DNA of 64,000 bases from Haliotis rubra (Eukaryota), in contig NW_025767135.1 of the NCBI RefSeq assembly GCF_003918875.1, positions 2,232,001 through 2,296,000 on the forward strand, in the 5' to 3' direction. Positions 13,026 through 26,569 of this stretch are shown here, one piece after another. A program made the translations under genes and the position numbers. Each line of letters begins with the position of its first letter. The first letter of the stretch is position 1. The notes beneath the pieces were generated by a model. The model had not been told where the DNA came from. It saw only the letters and a list, made by a program, of their open reading frames with translations, and did no database searches.

Positions 13026-14960
13026 GACATCTATAAGAAACATCATTCCAAACTTTTCTTGTTTTCTTTTCTGACAGTTTTGACCTATCATTTTTAAACC
13101 TATCAGTTAGAGTTTCCATTTACATGTTTTTATCCGAAATAAAATTAATTTCTTTCTCTATTAAATTTGACTAATTTCAGCACAATGTATTTGTAGTATA
13201 TTTCGAACAATAATTTCTCTTCCATTTGTTTGTGTTAATTAAAGAAAATATCTGTTACCTAACAATGTATTTGATAGTAATCATGATTGACACAAACGTG
13301 CAATTAAAGCAGCAGTTATAGCATCAATGGGCTGAAATGTGTTGACATGAACGACTGACGACGTCAATGAATATTACACCCACCTGCACACGGAAGCAGA
13401 TACGGGCGAGAAAAGTCGACACAGGTCCTACATCTCGCATCACATCGTTACGTAAAGAACCCTCCTGACTAAGTTAGAAAAAAACTGCACCTGTTAGGGA
13501 GGAGTTTCAACAATACCGCTGCATTTTGGTGTATTTTTGTATTTTGTCCTCCCAAAATACACCTGGCTTTGCCTTCAGCCAGACACATCGGTGTGCGGAG
13601 CTATTGCGCAAGGCCCTGTTTGAAGTTCTGGCGCATGGACTGCAGTTTTTTGTGTGATCTGAAGGAAATTAACATTTGGGAGTATGTGCCATGAGGAAAA
13701 TTTGGATGTTATCGGGTAGATAAATTGTGGATCTAACTAGCATACATCAAAGTCAGTTTAGGCGGCCATAAATAACTGATTATCATTTCTTGATTCTCAT
13801 TTTTTAAAACCACTTTGCTCTCAGGGAATATTTTTTAAAATGGCACACACGTTTAAAGGGGAATGCATATATCGTTACACTTAAGTATGTTATTGTTTAA
13901 CCAGCTTGTTAGGAATATTCATATAATTTCCATTTTAAAAACCACTTTGCTCACTGGGAATATTTTTAAGGGGGAAATGTAATTGTTACTCTTGTAAAAT
14001 CACCGTTTATACTTCTTTTGATAAATTTATAATTTCTACATTATTATATTCTATGCATTAATATGGTAAAGTTCATACATACATTTTGTGGAATACTATA
14101 TATTTCATTATAATTATTTTAAAAAATATATGTATAAAGCAAAATGAATGCCTGTACGTAAAGTTTTTATAGAAAAAAAACAGCGAGGCGTGGAAATGAT
14201 TTAAAAAAATATACATGGTTGTCTCTTTAAGGAGTTACAGTGCAAGCATTAACACAATTAGAAGCATTTCCAGTGTTTTTCACAAGCACTCCAATAACCA
14301 GTGGGGAAAATGAAATTGTATACCCATGTTTGGCGATGGATGAAAAGTACACAAACAAGAGATTGGTATTTGCCGGTGGTGTATTTAATACGGATATTTT
14401 TAGCCACCGTATAAAAATGTGTACTTTTTTGACTGGCTTTGTAGTTGAGACGATTTCAACCCCAGTGTTGGACTAGTTGTGTTAAATAATTATATAGCTT
14501 GTGTTATACATGTATGTATGTATATATTGAACATTAAATGTGTGAATATTAAGTTCACCAATATGTGCATATGCCTATGTACCTAAGTATGCTATTGTTT
14601 AATCAGCTTGTTAGGAATATAATATGATTTCGTCATTGTTTGTTATCAAACTATTACCACCCCGATATGACGATGTTTATATCAGATAAACCATATTAAT
14701 GACAGTCTTAACTGTAATCTTCTAAAACACAAAAACAACAAAACCCAAACCTCATGAAACCCCAAAATATATTCACATACATATGTGAACAGACTTGCAC
14801 AAGTCTCTAAGTTAAAATTAATAGTTTAAATGATAATTTCGAAAAAATAATAAATAACAGACTTAGTCCGCTTATCTAGACTTGCCTCTTTGAAAGGTAG
14901 AAATACTATAAATGCATGGGCTCTGCATTCAGTACAGCCTTGGAGCAAGGCTAATACATG

Positions 14961-15310
14961 CAGGGCTCCAGATAATTTTTCAACATCAGGAGTACGTACT
15001 CCTTATTTGTTCAATATTGAGTACTGGAAAACATTAAGTGTACATTTAGAGTACTGAATGGAAGCTAATGAACTGTCAGTAATCTTGTGTTTTGTTTCAT
15101 ATATGCACCACAACATTGCTACTCTTGTGTAAACAGGTCAATAAACAATAAAACAATACTTTTTTCCAGATAAATACGTCTGTAAATGATTCTAAGACCG
15201 TACACCTTTGCTGTGGTGCGTATCTGCTACGTTTTCTAAATTATTTCCTACCGTATCGTGCATATTTTTTATCCGTACATACGCCGATACGGCCCTTATC
15301 TGGAGCCCTG
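14961..15310. mobile_element. MITE with perfect 15-bp TIR (hAT-like CAGGG ends), 6-bp TSD
   Basis: CAGGGCTCCAGATAA / TTATCTGGAGCCCTG; TACATG on both sides. Confidence 0.88.
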
Positions 15311-16899
15311 TACATGTATATGAATACAATGTTGACTTCGTAAGTTGGAGAAAGTCCTCAATCCTTCGACTTGTCTCCTACACTTAATGATCATGCACTT
15401 TAAGAAGTCACTTGTTTGTATACTAGTATATGATGTAAGTAGAACTACTGTTTTCTTCTCTGCTATGAATATATACAGGCAAATGATTTGCATAATATAA
15501 ATAAACATTTCTGTACGGTTTATCAGTGTGTTTAAGCATTATTTAATATCGAATCAGGTGGTTTGGTATCAAAGTTATGTCTATTCACGTCGTTCTCGGC
15601 GAAGACAACTCGGCTGTACGGGCTGAAGAACAACATGGCATGAATTTCATTAACCCAGACAAGTGACGGGGATGATAAATGGCATCAATAGCGTGACACT
15701 TTCGCCTGGCGAGTCAGATTTTTTTATTGTCTAACAGGAAATATGTCACAAAACATCTGAAACATGTCAAAATGTCTTCTTAATGTCATTAGTATTTGTC
15801 AAACTATTTATAGCCAACACATACTACACACACAAGTACGCACACACTCACACATATAGCTAGACTAACAACTAGTCTCTGAAATGAACATATTTTATTG
15901 AAAAAACATATGTGAAATCTAGGCACACACGATATATTTGAGGGTCTGTACGACAGTCTAACATACATACTATCTATATTATCACACACAGTCCCCTTAA
16001 AGAATGATAATAATTCTAAACATATGAGATAAAAAATGATAATAATATAAAACTGAAAATAACACCAGGCAAATGAAGAAAAAAACAACAACAACCAGAA
16101 AAAACTCAAATTAACTCCTGTCATCATCAACCAAATCAGTGAAACGAAATAATAATAATGATGAGTATTTATGAAGCGATGTATCAATCCACAAGGTGCA
16201 TGCTTAAAGTGCATAAAAAGAAAGACAACGGTAAACGTAATGAAATAACAGTAGGAAATAAAACCTATGAATAATAGTCTGAAATTTTCAAAGCCTATGA
16301 GATACAGTATCACAATTGAGTTCGGTCATTATTAGGGAATTCTACAAAACTGTTTTCTATTTTGTTTATTTGAGGTGATTTAACGCGTCTAAATCACCGT
16401 TTATATTTACACGCTCCCCACGTGGGTTGCAACAGAATCTCGTCACATTGTAACAATGTAATTGATGACAGCGGGACTTATTTTCCTCAGTCGCTATCGG
16501 TAGCGTGTTTTGAGAAGCTGCATGCTGTTTGTTAACAGCGACCGGCTTTTGTGGAAAGGTTAAAAACCTCGAAGCACTTTTTTGCACGTACTGCGGTTGA
16601 GGCTAAGTGTTTCATTATAACAACTGCCAAGTTTAAAAACATAATTCATTCATAATCATTTCATAACTGTGTTCATTCATCAACACTCGAGTAGGTATCC
16701 TAATCGCGGTAATGAGAATGTGAATGACGAAGCAGCTCGCGAGAAAACTAGAAGAAATTAGGCTCTCGGCGTGAATTGCTTAGATGGTTTATTTCCCGAA
16801 GTCTCGGAAACTCCACCCAACAACTACTCGGCGGTCGGCTTTGATGCACAACAGCAGACAGACGCTAATGCCAGTACCTACACACTCAAGTGGACTCGT

Positions 16900-17360
16900 C
16901 CGCCAATTGCCTGACCTAAGGGCCAGAATTTGCGCAACCTCTCGCAGACCGCTAATGAATGACCCCAAAAGGACACAGTTGCATCGGGTGCATTTGATTG
17001 GCTGGGTAAAGCTCGTGCGCGCAATGCAGAAAGCATGTTCTCCACTATCAGCTGGGCAAGGAGTAGAGCACAGGCAGGCACCCGCTTGCAGTCTGGAGAA
17101 ACACATAGTATCTAATTAGTCTCCGAGCTAAAACTAAATGTGTTAGGGAAGAGGGGAACATATGTGGCAGCTACCTCTCCTAGTCCTGTGTGCGCTCCGT
17201 GGCAAAACACGTGCAAACTCCCGCCCAAACATTAGGTCACGTGATAGCTCTTCCCAGACACTCTAATGTGTTGCTTGTATACAAAAATAAATAAGCTTTG
17301 CCGTGCACTTTGCGAGTCGTGTGTTATAAAAGTGACATAAAAAATGTCTGCAGTGCTTGG
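16900..17360. promoter_or_regulatory. Putative promoter region
   Basis: Repeat-free and CpG-richer; CCAAT boxes (~16903, ~16997 reverse), GC box 17219-17226, GTCACGTGAT 17236-17245, TATAAAAG 17325-17332. Confidence 0.3.
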
Positions 17361-18248
17361 TAACTGTGAAAGATACGATCAGGGAATCTTACAAAGGGAG
17401 TGCAGTTTTGTGAGTTAGGCTGGGCGATGGGGAAAAGGCTATTATATCAGAGCTTTTAGATATGGGCTGTTGAAATTATCAAATTTGTCAGAGATATTTC
17501 TATTTCAACGCCTCCTCGCAATAACACGGTTCGCTGGGTTCTCTGTCTGTCTGAACAGATACTTTAAAATTTCACTCTCGTGGTTGAAAAAAAGTTTAAG
17601 CGAAGCCTAGGGAAATCGCTATTTTCCTCTTTTCCCCCTCGTCTTGAAGTTTATAATAAATTACTATATCGCTCTCGCAAACTCATCAGAGATGACGAAA
17701 AAGCCGAGGCTTAGATCAGGGTTACCTTAAGCGGATTAAGAAAATACCCAGCTTATTTTGTATCGTATTATAAAAAAAATGTAACAAATTCTTACGAATC
17801 TATTAATATTCTATTTAGGCCATTGAAGTAACATTTCATTAACTTTAATCTTTATAAATGTATCACGTGATATTATAAAGATATTTCCAGGGTCACACAT
17901 GCTATCATCGTACTATGCTGGTACAGACTGGTTGTCTTTGGAAGCGGTAATCACAAGAGATTACCACCAATGAATCAGGTTTCTAGAGCCACATAAAACT
18001 CCATGACCTGTCGTAATGCCCCCGGTTGCTGATAACATTTGAAACATTGAATCACATGTTTGCTTGCGGCTTTGGAACGAATATGTAAGTAATAATGATA
18101 TGCGTTCATCATTCTGTCAAAGATTAAAGTGCACTGTACAAAAGGACGCTAAATTGTGAGTCAGGATTTATAAATATGTGATGCGTCGGATTTTATTTAA
18201 ACTGAAATTTTGATGAGGTTCAGTAAGAAAAGGAGTTGATAATGTAAT

Positions 18249-18373
18249 ACGATGTGATTAAGTGAGTGTCTTCAGCTCCTCCAAACTCATAAATAAATAA
18301 ATAAATAAATAAATAAATCGACAGATAGATAGATAATAATAAATAATTATACATTACTAAATAAGTAAATAAA

Positions 18374-18430
<57 letters not shown>

Positions 18431-18649
18431 AATAAATAAATAAGAAAAAAAATAAATAGACAGATAGATAGATAATAATAAATAATTATACATTACTAAA
18501 AATAATAAATAAATAAATAATTAAATAAGTAAATAAATAAATAATAAATAAATATATAAATAAATAACGATGTGATTAAGTGAGTGTCTTCAGCTCCTCC
18601 AAACTCATAAATAAATAAATAAATAAATCGACAGATAGATAGATAATAA
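18249..18649. repeat. (TAAA)n-rich region with local duplication next to a gap
   Basis: ACGATGTGATTAAGTGAGTGTCTTCAGCTCC occurs at ~18249 and ~18567. Confidence 0.8.
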
Positions 18650-18857
18650 NNNNNNNNNNNNNNNNNNNNNNNNNNNNNNNNNNNNNNNNNNNNNNNNNNN
18701 NNNNNNNNNNNNNNNNNNNNNNNNNNNNNNNNNNNNNNNNNNNNNNNNNNNNNNNNNNNNNNNNNNNNNNNNNNNNNNNNNNNNNNNNNNNNNNNNNNNN
18801 NNNNNNNNNNNNNNNNNNNNNNNNNNNNNNNNNNNNNNNNNNNNNNNNNNNNNNNNN
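18650..18857. other. N gap (208 nt) followed by the gap-associated motif
   Basis: CATCAATGCAGACTCATATGGCCAGTAATTTGGGACT immediately after the gap. Confidence 0.9.
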
Positions 18858-20821
18858 CACGCATCAATGCAGACTCATATGGCCAGTAATTTGGGACTGG
18901 CCACAGCACTCAATCAAACTATTTCATCCAGTTCAAATACGATACATATATTTATCTCGTATCCCACTATAGGTTGGTGCTTGAACCGGGCGTGGTCAAC
19001 GCTGACCTAAACAAGCCATTATTTCTAAATGACCACAAATATGTACTCTGTCAAACGCTAACGCCCTCGAGTCCCCACATGGTAAACCAACTACTATAGA
19101 GACATTCACGATATTTGTTATATATAGATATAACATATTATATTGATAAGTAAGTCTTCGAGACTGGCACGTGACCTCCATTAACATCCACTTTACACAC
19201 AATAACTGTGGTTAATGTTCAGTTGTATTACACCCAGCAAAACCAAACTTATAACAATACATACATGTTTGTTTAGCTAGCTCATAAGTATGATCATAAA
19301 GATTATATTATATTCAGTTCACCATGTCAATGTGTGACACAATATGTCATGACTATTGTTATTCTAATTCACCTCTGACACTTTGTTTTCAGAAGTTTTA
19401 AGAAAATCCGATGAGAGAATATTATTATTGTTATTATATGGGTATTTATATACATTTTGAATGGTATGGGTCTGTAATTGTTTTTAATAATGAAACGAAA
19501 TTTCAACGGCTCTAAATATATCTCGTGCACATATATCTTATGGATAGAAGCGAAATCTGTCATGCAGATGTATATCCCTATATGTTTTGTGAATTACACA
19601 CTGATCACAGACAGAGATAACCCCAACCCCCACCCCACCCCAATTAAAGAAACCAACAAAAAAACCCAACAAAAATCCATAAACAACAAAACAACCCGCA
19701 AAAAACAACACACTCACCCCCACCAACCACCCCAGAGACAGAGAGGGGGGGGGGGAGAGTCGGGGGGGAGATCGAGATACAAACACACGCGCACACGCAC
19801 ACATATATAACTTATTATATTACATTATCTTGTTTTTCTTGTTTAATTTCTTGCATATATGACATCACATGTCACTAGTTATTATTCTTTTCACATCAAT
19901 CTGCAAGTGTATCTGTATGATTGACACAAAGTTTAACACTAAGTGACCGCTTGAAGAGGATGTCTTGTTGGGGGGTACGTTCAAGAGCCACTTAGTGCGT
20001 TTGCCGGACCCATACATAAACGTACGTCATACGTAAGTAATCTCATGTCCATCAACGGCTATTTCGGATACGTGGGGTCAGTAGATCGCTTGAAAAACTC
20101 GGCCAATGTAATAAATATCTCCGCTCTGGGAAAACGATCGAAAGGAAATTATCAGAATCAGTGAAGCGTTTTAGTGTGTTTTGCTGGGAGGCAAAAGCCT
20201 CCACACAGGTATGCCATAATGAATGCTCCCGATAAACAAAAGTAGATAAGGCATAAAAAGTAGCAGTTCGTGAATAGTGGAGAAAAGACGGTCTTTCAAG
20301 GAAATAACTCGTCACAGTTCAGGGGGTGCTGATGAATCTGATATGGGTTTACGGCAGAAGGGGGAGGGAGGATGAAAGAGGAGGGGGTGAGGTTTGGGGG
20401 GAGCGGTGTAGCGTTACACGGTCTCAGAGGCTGCAGCTTACACGACGGCGTAATTGAAAGCACTTGGGATGGATCCTACGCTCGAACAGGGAATGGTGTC
20501 ACTAATACACACTGTTTCGCTATTCGTCGTCTTTACTTGCACTAGAATTTATGGTTAATTCTGAAAATTTAGAGCAGTTGAGAGAAGCGTCATTAAAAGA
20601 GCCAAGCTTCGCTGCCCGCGATCTGGAGCGATGGCTGATGGGAATATTGACACCACTCAAGCTGATATTCATCTCAAGTTTTTAAAACTCGAAAGGCTTT
20701 TTCTTGTTTGGAGATGGTTGTTGGGGAAACAAGTTGAGGAGAGAGCTGTTATGTTTAAGGGTTGCTGTAACTAATGAGGGTTGTGGCCAAAAACAGCACA
20801 GAGACGCTGAGCTGTTTGTGT

Positions 20822-23444
20822 TCTAGTAGGTTACTTCATCCAATGATCCACCTATATCTACGTCACTACCTTGTCCACCCAATTCACTGTGTATTCGCCA
20901 CCACTTGACCACTGAGCTATTTGTGTTGTGGTAGGGTGTTCCATCCAATGATCCACACATATCTACGTCACTACCATGTCCACCCAATTCACTGTGTATT
21001 CGCCACCACTTGGCCACTGAGCTATTTGTGTTGTGGTAGGGTGTTCCATCCAATGATCCACCTATATCTATGTTACTACCATGTCCACCCAATTCACTGT
21101 GTATTCGCCACCACTTGACCACTGAGCTATTTGTGTTGTGGTAGGTTATTCCATCCAATGATCCACCTATATCTATGTTACTACCATGTCCACCCAATTC
21201 ACTGTGTATTCGCTACCACTTGACCACTGTGCTATTTGTGTTGTGGTAGGTTATTCCATCCAATGATCCACACATATCTATGTTACCACCATGTCCACCC
21301 AATTCACTGTGTATTCGCCACTACTTAACCACTGAGCTATTTGTGTTGTGGTAGGGTGTTCCATCCAATGATCCACCTATATCTACGTCACTACCTTGTC
21401 CACCCAATTCACTGTGTATTCGCCACTACTTGACCACTGTGATACTTGTGTTGTGGTAGGTTATTCCATCCAATGATCCACCTATATCTATGTTACTACA
21501 ATGTCCACCCAATTCACTGTGTATTCGCTACCACTTGACCACTGTGCTACTTGTGTTGTGGTAGGTTATTCCATCCAATGATCCACACATATCTATGTTA
21601 CCACCATGTCCACCCAATTCACTGTGTATTCGCCACTACTTAACCACTGAGCTATTTGTGTTGTGGTAGGGTGTTCCATCCAATGATCCACCTATATCTA
21701 CGTCACTACCTTGTCCACCCAATTCACTGTGTATTCGCTACCACTTGACCACTGAGCTACTTGTGTTGTGGTAGGGTGTTCCATCCAATGATCCACCTAT
21801 ATCTATGTTACTACCATGTCCACCCAATTTACTGTGTATTCGCCACCACTTGACCACTGTTCTATTTGTGTTGTGGTAGGGTGTTCCATCCAATGATCCA
21901 CCTATATCTATGTTACTACCATGTCCACCCAATTCACTGTGTATTCGCCACCACTTGACCACTGAGCTATTTGTGTTCTAGTAGGTTACTCCATCCAATG
22001 ATCCACCTATATCTATGTTACTACCATGTCCACCCAATTCACTGTGTATTCGCCACCACTTGACCACTGAGCTATTTGTGTTCTAGTAGGTTACTCCATC
22101 CAATGATCCACCTATATCTATGTTACTACCATGTCCACCCAATTCACTGTGTATTCGCCACCACTTGACCACCGAGCTATTTGTGTACTAGTACATGTAG
22201 GTTACTCCATCCAATGATCCACCTATATCTATGTTACTACCATGTCCACCCAATTCACTGTGTATTCGCCACCACTTGACCACTGTTCTATTTGTGTTGT
22301 GGTAGGGTGTTCCATCCAATGATCCACCTATATCTATGTTACTACCATGTCCACCCAATTCACTGTGTATTCGCCACCACTTGACCACTGAACTATTTGT
22401 GTTGTGGTAGGGTGTTCCATCCAATGATCCACCTATATCTGTGTTCGCCACCACTTGACCACTACTATTTGTGTTCTATGTCCACTATATCAATTCACTG
22501 TGTATTCGCCACCACTTGACCACTGTTGCTATTTGTGTTCTAGTAGGTTACTCCATCCAATGATCCACCTATATCTACGTCACTACCATGTCCACCCAAT
22601 TCACTGTGTATTCGCCACCACTTGACCACTGAGCTATTTGTGTTCTAGTAGGTTACTCCATCCAATGATCCACCTATATCTATGTTACTACCATGTCCAC
22701 CCAATTCACTGTGTATTCGCCACCACTTGACCACTGTGCTATTTGTGTTCTAGTAGGTTACTCCATCCAATGATCCACCTATATCTATGTTACTACCATG
22801 TCCACCCAATTCACTGTGTATTCGCCACCACTTGACCACTGAGCTATTTGTGTTCTAGTAGGTTACTCCATCCAATGATCCACCTATATCTATGTTACCA
22901 CCATGTCCACCCAATTCACTGTGTATTCGCCACCACTTGACCACTGAGCTATTTGTGTTCTAGTAGGTTACTCCATCCAATGATCCACCTATATCTATGT
23001 TACCACCATGTCCACCCAATTCACTGTGTATTCGCCACCACTTGACCACTGAGCTATTTGTGTTCTAGTAGGTTACTCCATCCAATGATCCACCTATATC
23101 TACGTCACTACCATGTCCACCCAATTCACTGTGTATTCGCCACCACTTGACCACTGAGCTATTTGTGTTCTAGTAGGTTAGTCCAAGGTTACTCCACCCA
23201 ATTCACTGTGTATCCAATGATCCACCATCCAATATATCTACGTCACTACCATGTCCACCCAATTCACTGTGTATTCGCCACCACTTGACCACTGAGCTAT
23301 TTGTGTTCTAGAAGGTTACTCCATCCAATGATCCACCTATATCTACGTCACTACCATGTCCACCCAATACACTGTGCATTTGTCACCACTTGACCACTGA
23401 GCTATTTGTGTTGTGGTAGGGTGTTCCATCCAATGATCCACATA
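20822..23444. repeat. Tandem minisatellite, 105-bp unit, ~25 copies
   Basis: CCATCCAATG recurs at 20941, 21046, 21151 and onward; last unit resumes at ~23897-23958 after a MITE. Confidence 0.97.
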
Positions 23445-23841
23445 TACTACTCACACTTTGCTAAGGATCACAAAAATTCCCAACTTTACTTAAACATAGA
23501 TTCATAATTTGAAATTGTATCCATTTAAAACTGGATAAATAATAATAAGGTAACCCCTCTTCAGGCAAACACCCACTTTCATCTAACCTTATGCACTTGA
23601 TACATGAGTAACCATTAAAATGGTTTTCATGGCACCAATCAACCATTTTGCAAATCATGAGTCATAGACAAGTTCACAACACCTGCTGTCAATAGCAGGT
23701 ATGGAATCCACAAGATGCAGTGACATACTGAAACCTAGGATCCATGCTTACAATAAGCTTAGATATTGAAACCAACTTAGACCGCACATCATAGTTTTCT
23801 GTTGAATCAATGATTTGATCCTTAGCAAAGTGTGAATAGTG
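23445..23841. mobile_element. Tc1/mariner-type MITE, ~26-bp TIR, inserted at TA in the last satellite unit
   Basis: TACTACTCACACTTTGCTAAGGATCA / TGATCCTTAGCAAAGTGTGAATAGTG; followed by a (TA)n expansion. Confidence 0.85.
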
Positions 23842-23856
23842 TGTGTATATATATAT

Positions 23857-23898
<42 letters not shown>

Positions 23899-24129
23899 TA
23901 CTATGTCCACCCAATTCATTTTGTGTTCGTCACCACTTGACCACTGAGCTGTTTGTTTGAACATATTTTATTCAGTATTGAAAGGGTGCAGTAGCAGGTT
24001 ACTATAATACACCAGCATAATTCCGGGATTTCCTCCCCAATTAAGCTGACACACCGTCAACCGGAACACTGTTCAAGGCGGAGTTCAAACCCAATTTACT
24101 CTCTTCCGCAGTGTCTGACATTGTGAACA

Positions 24130-24263
24130 TAGCAATATTCCAGCAATATCACCGCGGGGGACACCTGAAATGGGCTTCAGTCATTGTAACCATGTGGGGA
24201 ATCGAACCCGGGTCTTCGGCGTTACGAGCGAACGCTTTAACCACTAGGCTACCCAACCGCCCC
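24130..24263 (-). mobile_element. SINE family A
   Basis: Alignment to the other copies. Confidence 0.9.
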
Positions 24264-24561
24264 AACTTCTCAAAGAATGTATGAGACATAAGGCATAAGA
24301 TACATAAGATCTTTATTGCATAGCATATTCCATGAAGGAACAGTGGCAATATTCTCTAAAAACAACAAATATATATACAGTAGGTACAAAGGTATAGAAA
24401 AACACAGATGCATTCCACACATACATGATGTACATTGTAATAATTCCACTTGGTAAAATATATGCAGTATAATGAACGCACAATTATGTTGTTTTTTTTC
24501 ACTCAACAGCGGAACACCACTTATCTGGACCCTGGATATAAGGAAACTTCGTCTAACGCAA

Positions 24562-24718
24562 TGAGTGAGTATGTTTTTAGGCCGCCTTTGCAATATTCCA
24601 GCAATATCGGGGCGGGGGACACCAGAAATGGCTTCACACAGTGTATCCATGTGGGGAATCGAACCCGAGGCTTCTGCGTGACGAGCGAACACTTTAACCA
24701 CTAGGCTACCCCTCTGCC
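24562..24718 (-). mobile_element. SINE family A
   Basis: Alignment to the other copies. Confidence 0.9.
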
Positions 24719-24835
24719 GGACGATACTTACGTGAAACTATTACTAAAAAAATATTTATTGTTCCAGAATAATTCATTTTCCAGATTAAAACTGTTTAAA
24801 ATACGTTGTATTTGGGATTACCCCTTTCAGGAAGA

Positions 24836-24952
24836 GATTCTAGTACTTTTCTTAGGTTGAATCCAGAACGGGATTCGAACCCACACTCTCAGAGTCAGGC
24901 ACCTAATTGCCAGCACACAAAGTCAGCGATCTAGCCCACTCAGCCAGCGCAG
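24836..24952 (-). mobile_element. tRNA-derived SINE family C, 5' fragment
   Basis: Minus strand TGGCTGAGTGGGCTAG (A box) ... GGGTTCGAATCCCG (B box); second copy at 12185-12262. Confidence 0.6.
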
Positions 24953-25100
24953 CTTCTACAAAAATGAATCTAGGACAACTGATAGTCCATATTACATACT
25001 TTATGTGCCTCTCTCACAATTGGGAACGGCACGGCTCACACGGCTAAAAGCTGTGATCAGGCCATGCCATTTAGAAAGTTGTGAAATGTACCACATGTTA

Positions 25101-25930
25101 TAAATTGACGAGCAAAAGAAAGTACACAGGTGTAATTGTTGTTGCAATCCCAAATATGCGTTCTAACTAATAAAATTATTGAAAAACATTGTTTGTATAG
25201 AACGCAACCATCATGTTTCATTTGCCAAAATGCAACAAAAAACATTTGTACGTGTTTTGCACGAATTTTTGCATAATTGTGATTATTGTCCCATGCACCA
25301 GCACTTTTCTGACAGAGAGTATAAAACCTGTTTGTCGTGAAGACTGAACAATCACTTGACAGAAATCTCACAAGGAAATGCCAAGATTGACGTCGGCGCA
25401 ACGAGAACGGGCCAAAGGAATGACACAAATGGGTGCTTTCAACAGCGATATTGCAAGGACATTGGGTTGCACAAGACAAACCATAATTCGGCTGTTTAAC
25501 CGTTTCAGTACGACAGGCCAGACATGTGATCGACCCAGAAGTGGACGTTCCAGAGTCACAACACCCCAAGAGGATCGCTATCTGCGGGTTATTCACCTAC
25601 GTAACTGGATGTTGACGGTGACGTCATCAGCAGCCACATCATTGGGTCATCGCGTAAGCCGATTCACAGTGACAAGACGACTTCGTCCTGCTGGCATGTA
25701 TGGGCCTACCGACCGCTGCGTGGAATGGCCTTGACCTTCGAGCATCGTAGGAACCGTCTGCAGTGGTCATCACTACATCGCTGTTTATTGTTACAATGTC
25801 ATTTTTGCTGATAAAACACGTGTATTGCAGTGTGCTTCAACATACATTTTCCATTTCATCAAAAGATTTTGTTATTTTTATCTTATTGGAAGAAACACAA
25901 CATGTGTACTTTCTTTTGCACATCAGTTTA
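25101..25930 (+). mobile_element. Internally deleted Tc1-family transposon
   Basis: ~28-bp TIRs TAAATTGACGAGCAAAAGAAAGTACACA / TGTGTACTTTCTTTTGCACATCAGTTTA; left TA target; transposase remnant inside. Confidence 0.9.
25378..25779 (+). pseudogene. Tc1 transposase N-terminal DNA-binding (HTH) region, frameshifted, DDE domain deleted
   Basis: MPRLTSAQRERAKGM..IARTLGC..TGQTCDRPRSGRSRVTTPQEDRYL..VSRFTVTRRL; after a frameshift RPLRGMALTFEHRRNRLQW. Confidence 0.9.
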
Positions 25931-26005
25931 TTTGGATTCACATTCTCAGTAAAGTACATATTCCAGTACTTTCCCCCAGATTCCTCGCTGGGTGACGTTG
26001 GGGGT

Positions 26006-26104
26006 CATCCTCGAAAATCACCAGGGTATACGTTACGATAAATCTCCAGTAGAATATATAGTGGAGATTTATCGTAACGTATACCCAGGAGATTATCGAG
26101 GATG
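26006..26104. repeat. Inverted repeat, 43-bp arms with 3 mismatches, 13-nt loop
   Basis: Arms 26006-26048 and 26062-26104 are reverse complements. Confidence 0.9.
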
Positions 26105-26402
26105 CGTTGTGGTGTGATGCTGAGGTGAAAGACTCACACTGTCGGGAATGAACATAATTTCCAGAACCATTTCCAAATCTCAATATATGTTTCATAGTGA
26201 CCTACACTATAACAAGGAAACGGGTATGTTCATAGCTGAAATAGAGTAAATGGTATTTAACGCCGCACGCAGCCACATTAAACTATCATTACGGCGGCCT
26301 GTACATGAGCGAGCCTCAGACAAACTAATGGTTGATATCACGAGCAACGTCCCATGCCGTCGGGTTAGGCTGACACAAAATCAACCAAGTCTCAGGAACT
26401 GA

Positions 26403-26569
26403 CTGACTGACTGAGTTTGGTTTTACGCCGCTTTTAGCAATATTCCAGCAACATCACGGCGGGGGACACCAGAAATGGGCTTCACACATTGTACCCATGT
26501 GGAGATTCGAACCCGGGTCTTCGGCGTGACGAGCCAACGCTTTAACCACTCAGGCTACCCCACCGCCCC
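26403..26569 (-). mobile_element. SINE family A nested in a degenerate family-B copy (~26250-26400)
   Basis: TSD TCTCAGGAACTGA on both sides. Confidence 0.92.

Noticed and set aside
13795-14620. Short local duplications (13798/13931; 13882/14584)
   Set aside because: Ordinary 35-45-bp AT-rich duplications with no further structure.
15804-16313. 169-aa hydrophobic ORF
   Set aside because: Product of T-rich low-complexity sequence and a (CA)-rich tract.
18496-18909. ORFs spanning N runs (also at 27.8, 51.0 and 52.3 kb)
   Set aside because: Artefacts of translating gaps.
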